This document shows, in pieces, positions 42,972 through 48,080 of a DNA stretch of 48,080 nucleotides (positions are counted from its first letter, which is position 1; every line of letters begins with the position of its first letter). This DNA is from Bacteroidia bacterium (GTDB taxonomy: Bacteria > Bacteroidota > Bacteroidia > Palsa-965): the NCBI GenBank assembly GCA_035496135.1, contig DATJEX010000040.1, forward strand, positions 1 through 48,080, given 5' to 3'. The notes below the pieces were generated by a model. It was not told the DNA's origin. It saw only the letters and a list, made by a program, of their open reading frames with translations, and made no database searches. Made by a program: the position numbers and the translations under genes.

Positions 42972-44135
42972 ATGATCCAGAGGGAAGCCGCCGGTTTGAT
43001 CCGCAGATATGCACGCTCGTTCCGTGCCGTAGCGGTTGTCGGGCCCCGCCAAAGCGGGAAAAGCACACTCGTAAAAACACTTTTTAAAGACAAGCCGTAC
43101 ATCTCACTGGAAAACCCGGATGAGCGGGAATTTGCAGAAACAGATGCGAGAGGGTTCCTGGCGCGTTTCCCGAAAGGTGCGATCATTGACGAAGCGCAAC
43201 GCGTTCCCCATCTTTTCAATTATCTGCAGCAGATCATTGACGATGCCGATAAACCGGGAATGTTCATTCTTACAGGTAGTAATAATTTTCTTCTTCAACA
43301 ATCCATCACGCAATCGCTCGCCGGAAGGATCGGTTATATTGATCTTCTCCCGCTGACGATCGGTGAGATCAAACTGTTTGGCAGGAAGAAGATCGGCTTG
43401 AACGATCGGCTTCTCAAAGGAGCATACCCGGAGATCTACCAGAAGAAGATCGATCCGGGAATATGGTTCCCATCTTACATCAGAACATATGTTGAAAGAG
43501 ACTTCAAACAGCTGAGGAATATCGAGAGCACAACTCAATTCACTCGATTTCTCCAGTTATGCGCAGGAAGGATAGGGCAACAACTATCCATGAATTCGCT
43601 TTGTAACGATTGTGGTATTGACGTGCGGACAGGAAATGCTTGGATGAGTATTTTGCAGAGCAGCTATATCATTCATCTGCTTCAGCCTCATCATAAGAAT
43701 TTCCGGAAACGGGTAGTAAAATCTCCGAAGCTGTACTTTATTGACACTGGCCTTGCTTGTAGTCTTCTTGGAATACATACCACCACTGAACTTGATACCA
43801 CTCATTTCCGTGGTGCGTTATTTGAAAATTTTGTTGTCTCGGAATTCCTGAAAAACAAATTCAACGCGGCACATTTCTCAAATTTTTATTACTGGCGCGA
43901 CAACAAGGGCGTGGAAGTGGATCTGCTCATTGACGATGGAAAAAAACTAACGCCGGTCGAAATAAAATCAGGCGCCACTTTCAGCGATGATCAACTACGT
44001 TCTCTCAGGCAATGGAACAGTTTCAGTGGAAATAAAGGAGGTTACCTGATCTACAACGGAAAACTGGAAATGAAAACCAAAGACGGTATTGAAGTGATGA
44101 ATTGGGAAAAGATCGGAGAGATGAAAATCAGGTAA
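42972..44135 (+). CDS. AAA+ ATPase with a DUF4143 C-terminal domain
   Basis: Walker A (VVGPRQSGKST) and Walker B-like (GAIIDEAQ). The ATG at 42972 is preferred because the upstream part of the ORF-track ORF is the relic region read in another frame. Confidence 0.75.
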   Translation: MIQREAAGLIRRYARSFRAVAVVGPRQSGKSTLVKTLFKDKPYISLENPDEREFAETDARGFLARFPKGAIIDEAQRVPHLFNYLQQIIDDADKPGMFILTGSNNFLLQQSITQSLAGRIGYIDLLPLTIGEIKLFGRKKIGLNDRLLKGAYPEIYQKKIDPGIWFPSYIRTYVERDFKQLRNIESTTQFTRFLQLCAGRIGQQLSMNSLCNDCGIDVRTGNAWMSILQSSYIIHLLQPHHKNFRKRVVKSPKLYFIDTGLACSLLGIHTTTELDTTHFRGALFENFVVSEFLKNKFNAAHFSNFYYWRDNKGVEVDLLIDDGKKLTPVEIKSGATFSDDQLRSLRQWNSFSGNKGGYLIYNGKLEMKTKDGIEVMNWEKIGEMKIR

Positions 44136-44209
44136 TCTCTGCGATGAGAATTCCTTCAGGTCATTCTTCCTCTCCGTGATTCGTACATCCTTAAAATCAG
44201 TAATCCTCC

Positions 44210-45952
44210 CTATTGAGCGTTCACCTTCTGCTTCGAGCTCACGATCTCCACCGCTTTCTGAATATGCGCCACGACTTCTTTTTTCAAATACGCAGGATCT
44301 GTATTCGTGTGCGCTCCCATTAAGTACGCCTTCAACGCGCAAACCGGTTTGCCGTATTCTGTCGTGCGGAATTTTGTGGTGATGCTCAGGGCCGGTGCGG
44401 GAATTCCATCCTGTTCATGCATTTCGCAAAGTGTGTTGTACACATCCTGCTGGAACTGGTTGAACTTCATCAGCTCGTCGTCGTATTTCTCCTTGAAGAA
44501 TTCATTCTGGTATTGCAATCCTCCGTCCATCCATTTCGGATAAACACGGAAGAGCGTCACTGCACCATAACTGTCTTTGTTCACGACCACAATGTTCTGG
44601 TGGAATTCCAGTTCATCGCGCAAAGCCTGCTGCATTTCGATCAAATGTCCGATCATTACCTGGTAACCTTCGTAACCGAAATATTTTAAGTGTGTCCACG
44701 CGATAAGCGCAGGTCCGCAGGCGCGTGAAACTTCGAGCGTGAATTTTCCGGGATAATAAATGTCTTTCACCGAATGGAAGAGATAGGAAACGCCACCGCC
44801 TGGATTTTTCAGCAGATCGAACATGCGTTCATCTTTCAGACAGAAAGCGGAAGATGCATAAGCAGCAAATCCTGTTTTGTGAAAGTCGACACCAACGGCA
44901 TCCACATCTTCCATTCCGCTTGCTTTGAGAATGGAATCGGAAATGAGCTTCATCGCGCGCGTAGAGAATTCCAGCGGATTATTCGTGAAATCATAATCGC
45001 GGAATGCCATCCACGCCCAGCCGATCACGGCATCGGCATAAACGAACGGACGCGTATCCGTGAAAAATTCTTTCGGGATCATTTTGCAGAGATGCGCGAT
45101 CTCGCGGATATTGTCAATGGCGAATGCATCTGTTGTTCCTGCAGTAGCAACGACCATTGCTACAGGAATTCCCTGTTTGTAGAGTGAACGCAGCACTTCT
45201 TCGAGATGATCGACGTTCATCGTTCCGTCAGGATTCACATCGATCTCCACCACATTCTTTCTTCCCAAACCTGTCCAGTCGGCTGTATTGTATTTCGCGT
45301 AATGCGATCCTTTCGACGCAAGCACTTTCACGTCCTGGCGGATTCCATTATGGCGCGAAGAATAACCAAGGCATTGTGTCAATGCAATTTTTGTAGCGTA
45401 GAGATAATTGTTCGTTCCGCCGGTGGTACAAATTCCTCCCGCTTTCACTTTATTCCAGCCGAACATTTCCGCCAGCATGGAAATTACTTCCACTTCAGCA
45501 GCCGCGATATCAGAAGAAAGTTCCGATTCCACGAGATTGGCATTCACCATTGCTCCAAGCATGGCAGCAGCAACAGAAAGTTCTGATGATTGCGGCACGA
45601 CGTTGATCAATGTCTTCGTATGTCCCCAATGCGGAACACCATTGAAACGTGTGAGCAATTCTTCCATCACATGATCACGATCGCCGATCTCCTGCGGCAT
45701 ATGAATATCATTCTTGATCCCGGTAAGGATTTCCTTCGCAGGAGCATTCGGTTTGGAGATCATTTTACGCTTGGAAATATCACCCCAGAACCATTTCTGT
45801 TCTTCCGGATCGTGCTTCATCGCATTCAAAGCAACGATCGTCTGCTTGAGGAATTCCTCCAGCTTCGAATCTTTTTCTTTATCGCGATCGGGTTGGGGAT
45901 AAACTGAACGGACTTTGTCATTCAGTAATGTTTTCCATTTTGGTGTAGGCAT
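44210..45952 (-). CDS. PLP-dependent decarboxylase-like enzyme (group II fold-type I)
   Basis: 580 aa. It has a PLP-lysine context VDFHKTG and a Gly-rich segment GGICTTGGTNNYLYA typical of group II decarboxylases. Confidence 0.6.
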   Translation of the reverse strand: MPTPKWKTLLNDKVRSVYPQPDRDKEKDSKLEEFLKQTIVALNAMKHDPEEQKWFWGDISKRKMISKPNAPAKEILTGIKNDIHMPQEIGDRDHVMEELLTRFNGVPHWGHTKTLINVVPQSSELSVAAAMLGAMVNANLVESELSSDIAAAEVEVISMLAEMFGWNKVKAGGICTTGGTNNYLYATKIALTQCLGYSSRHNGIRQDVKVLASKGSHYAKYNTADWTGLGRKNVVEIDVNPDGTMNVDHLEEVLRSLYKQGIPVAMVVATAGTTDAFAIDNIREIAHLCKMIPKEFFTDTRPFVYADAVIGWAWMAFRDYDFTNNPLEFSTRAMKLISDSILKASGMEDVDAVGVDFHKTGFAAYASSAFCLKDERMFDLLKNPGGGVSYLFHSVKDIYYPGKFTLEVSRACGPALIAWTHLKYFGYEGYQVMIGHLIEMQQALRDELEFHQNIVVVNKDSYGAVTLFRVYPKWMDGGLQYQNEFFKEKYDDELMKFNQFQQDVYNTLCEMHEQDGIPAPALSITTKFRTTEYGKPVCALKAYLMGAHTNTDPAYLKKEVVAHIQKAVEIVSSKQKVNAQ

Positions 45953-45971
45953 GGGTGCGATTTTAGGAGAC

Positions 45972-45979
45972 CAAAGTTA
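45972..45979 (-). promoter_or_regulatory. Bacteroidota -7 promoter box TAACTTTG (minus strand)
   Basis: The reverse complement of caaagtta matches TAnnTTTG, 19 nt upstream of the decarboxylase ATG. Confidence 0.45.
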
Positions 45980-46002
45980 GCCAAATTCACACAGGAGATT
46001 TC

Positions 46003-46153
46003 AGTCCCGTAGGGACGGCATTCCGGTAATAAAAGCAGCTCTTCCCTTCTCATCGGGCGGCGCGACCTTGATTCACTTTCGATCAAAGACGCGCCGCCCG
46101 CCGTAAATAGAGCTGGGTGATTTCTCTTACCGAAATGCCGTCCCTACGGGACT
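46003..46153. repeat. 151-nt nested palindromic (MITE-like) element with 27-bp terminal inverted repeats
   Basis: Termini agtcccgtagggacggcattccggtaa (46003-46029) and ttaccgaaatgccgtccctacgggact (46127-46153), with 1 mismatch. Inner stems are cagctct/agagctg, cgggcggcgcg/cgcgccgcccg (46054-46064 with 46090-46100) and ttgat/atcaa. Confidence 0.8.
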
Positions 46154-46185
46154 AATTCGCAGCTTTGTACCTTAATTGAAATAAA

Positions 46186-46737
46186 ATGGCCAGTTCCTAT
46201 TGCGAAGCAGTTTCCACGATGGAAAAAGGTAATGTGCACATTCATTACCACGACAAAGAATATGGTTTTCCCATTCACAACGACAATGAATTATTCGCAC
46301 GATTGGTGCTCGAGATCAATCAAGCCGGACTGAGCTGGACGACCATTCTGAAGAAGAAAGAGAATTTCTTCAAGGCGTTTCATGATTTTGAAATAAAGAA
46401 AGTAGCGAAATACGGAAAGAAGGATTTTGATCGCCTGATGAAGAATGAAGGGATCATCCGGAACCGTTTGAAGATCGAAGCGGCTATTCACAACGCGAAT
46501 GTCATTCTCGGTTTGCAGAAAGAATACGGCTCGTTCAAGAAATGGATCGATCATCATCATCCTTTGACGAAAGATGAATGGGTGAAAGTTTTCAAGAAGA
46601 ACTTCCGTTTCACAGGAGGAGAGATCGTGAATGAATTTCTCATGAGCACCGGCTATCTTCCCGGCGCACATGTTCCTTCCTGCCCGATCCATAAAAAAGT
46701 GCTTAGCAAGAATCCCGCATGGAAAAAAGAAAAATAG
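46186..46737 (+). CDS. tag: DNA-3-methyladenine glycosylase I
   Basis: YHDKEYGFP and LEINQAGLSWTTILKK motifs, colinear with E. coli Tag (recalled from memory). Length is 183 aa. Confidence 0.88.
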   Translation: MASSYCEAVSTMEKGNVHIHYHDKEYGFPIHNDNELFARLVLEINQAGLSWTTILKKKENFFKAFHDFEIKKVAKYGKKDFDRLMKNEGIIRNRLKIEAAIHNANVILGLQKEYGSFKKWIDHHHPLTKDEWVKVFKKNFRFTGGEIVNEFLMSTGYLPGAHVPSCPIHKKVLSKNPAWKKEK

Positions 46738-47918
46738 TCGTCATCGGTTCCGGCCCGGCGGCATTGATGCTGGCAGCTCATCTCGATGAGACGAAATTCG
46801 ACATTCACATTTACGAGAAGAACAATGCAGCCGGAAGAAAATTCCTTGTGGCGGGCGACGGAGGATTCAATCTCACGCATTCCGAAGACATTGAGACTTT
46901 CATCACGCGTTACACACCGCAATATTTTCTGAAAGATGCGTTGCTGAAATTCACGAATGAAGATCTCCGGAAATGGTTGCGCTCTATTGGAATTGAAACG
47001 TTCGTTGGGTCGAGCAAAAGAGTTTTTCCGATCGAAGGGATAAAACCGATCGACGTGCTCAATGCAATTCTTGCTGTGTTGAAAAAGAAAAACGTTCACT
47101 TTCATTTCCAGCATGAATGGTGCGGATGGAAAGATGGAAAATTACTTTTCAAAACTCCAACTGAACAACTGATGACTGATACTGACAACTGCATTTTTTC
47201 TCTCGGTGGTGGCAGCTGGAAAGTGACGGGAAGTGAGGGAGGCTGGACAAAATATTTTGCTGAAAAGAAGATCGGCATCATTCCGTTTCAACCTTCTAAT
47301 TGTGTGATGAATGTAACGTGGCCTGCTAATTTCATTTCACAGCACGAAGGAAAGGTGCTGAAGAATATTTCCGTGAAATGCGGCGATGCTGAAAAGAAAG
47401 GAGAACTCGTCATCACGAAGTCAGGACTGGAAGGCGGAGCCATTTATTTTCATTCGCCGGCAATAAGGAAACAGCTGAATGAAAATAAAAATGCCCTGAT
47501 CAATATCGATCTCAGACCCGATTCTACACTTGAAGAGATCTGCAAAAAAATAAAGAATGGTGGGAAAGAAAACCGCACTACTTTTCTCCGCAGCGAATTG
47601 AATCTCGACAATACACAAGTTGCCTTTCTGAAATCCGCACTTTCAAAAGAAGAATTTCTTTCTGATGAAAAATTGAGTACTACGATAAAAAATGTTCAGG
47701 TCACCATCACCGGGCTCGCGCCGATCGATGAAGCGATCTCCACCGTTGGGGGAATTGCACTGGAGGAGATCAATGAGAATTTCGAACTGAAAAAACTTCC
47801 GCATCATTTTGTCATTGGAGAAATGCTCGACTGGGACGCGCCGACGGGTGGATATCTGTTGCAGGGATGTTTTTCAATGGGAGTGGCGGTGGCTCACTTC
47901 ATCAACAGTAATTCATAG
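46719..47918 (+). CDS. HI0933/BaiN-like NAD(P)/FAD-dependent flavoprotein
   Basis: N-terminal VVIGSGPAALMLA, an internal FLVAGDGGFNLTH segment and C-terminal GEMLDWDAPTGGYLLQ, all typical of the HI0933 family. Confidence 0.7.
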   Translation: MEKRKIVVIGSGPAALMLAAHLDETKFDIHIYEKNNAAGRKFLVAGDGGFNLTHSEDIETFITRYTPQYFLKDALLKFTNEDLRKWLRSIGIETFVGSSKRVFPIEGIKPIDVLNAILAVLKKKNVHFHFQHEWCGWKDGKLLFKTPTEQLMTDTDNCIFSLGGGSWKVTGSEGGWTKYFAEKKIGIIPFQPSNCVMNVTWPANFISQHEGKVLKNISVKCGDAEKKGELVITKSGLEGGAIYFHSPAIRKQLNENKNALINIDLRPDSTLEEICKKIKNGGKENRTTFLRSELNLDNTQVAFLKSALSKEEFLSDEKLSTTIKNVQVTITGLAPIDEAISTVGGIALEEINENFELKKLPHHFVIGEMLDWDAPTGGYLLQGCFSMGVAVAHFINSNS

Positions 47919-47919
47919 C

Positions 47920-48009
47920 GGGAACAAATTCCGAATGGCTCGAATATCCGAATGGAGAATACGCAACGCGCACATATATGCATTTTCGCGCGATTGGTAA
48001 TTCGTTCCC
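47920..48009. repeat. Long intergenic hairpin element, GGGAAC...TTCGTTCCC-terminus family
   Basis: Termini gggaacaaattccgaatgg (47920-47938) and cgattggtaattcgttccc (47991-48009). The right terminus differs at 2 positions from 28306-28324. Confidence 0.7.
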
Positions 48010-48080
48010 TCTTTAGTAACTGTTGTTTTCATTTTCCTTCCTTCATCTTCTGTTGCGCCATGTAAACTGCGTCTTTATGG

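Overview
This 48 kb window looks like a chromosomal segment from a Bacteroidota-type genome. Supporting signs are several TAnnTTTG -7 promoter boxes, the absence of Shine-Dalgarno sequences, and beta-propeller/Y_Y_Y sensor and FGE-sulfatase genes. I found no rRNA, tRNA, CRISPR array, transposase or integrase.

Gene content, left to right:
- A partial FGE-sulfatase gene.
- A 1245-aa membrane histidine kinase.
- Small secreted or hypothetical proteins.
- An ABC-2 exporter pair.
- An orphan B12-binding mutase domain.
- An assimilatory sulfur operon: ferredoxin-type sulfite reductase, cobA, a siroheme-synthase::TauE fusion and a Fe-S type cysH. It is followed by hom.
- A minus-strand block: rluF-like gene, GNAT, a hypothetical, a propeller/Y_Y_Y/SpoIIE sensor phosphatase and a coiled-coil protein.
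- marC.
- An MgtA-type P-type ATPase interrupted by two in-frame TGA codons.
- A second histidine kinase.
- A DUF1761 protein, an aldehyde dehydrogenase and a DUF151 nuclease-like protein.
- A GltD-like/ferredoxin gene with korA and korB.
- An FAD oxidoreductase.
- A minus-strand persulfide-handling module: Crp/Fnr regulator, TauE, MBL-rhodanese, a small membrane protein, two rhodaneses and a DUF2892 protein.
- A DUF4143 AAA ATPase, a PLP decarboxylase, tag and an HI0933-like flavoprotein.

Most notable observations:
1. Two tandem Cys/Met-codon-rich mini-ORFs, each followed by an intrinsic terminator, sit in the leader of the sulfite-reductase operon. This looks like a ribosome-mediated Cys/Met attenuator.
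2. A diverged 100-nt copy of the FAD-oxidoreductase 3' end lies 3.6 kb downstream, so the two copies bracket the sulfur module.
3. The two UGA codons in the ATPase fall where homologs have Gly.
4. Families of long intergenic hairpin elements share their terminal sequences.

All functional calls rest on motifs read by eye and recalled family knowledge. No searches were run.
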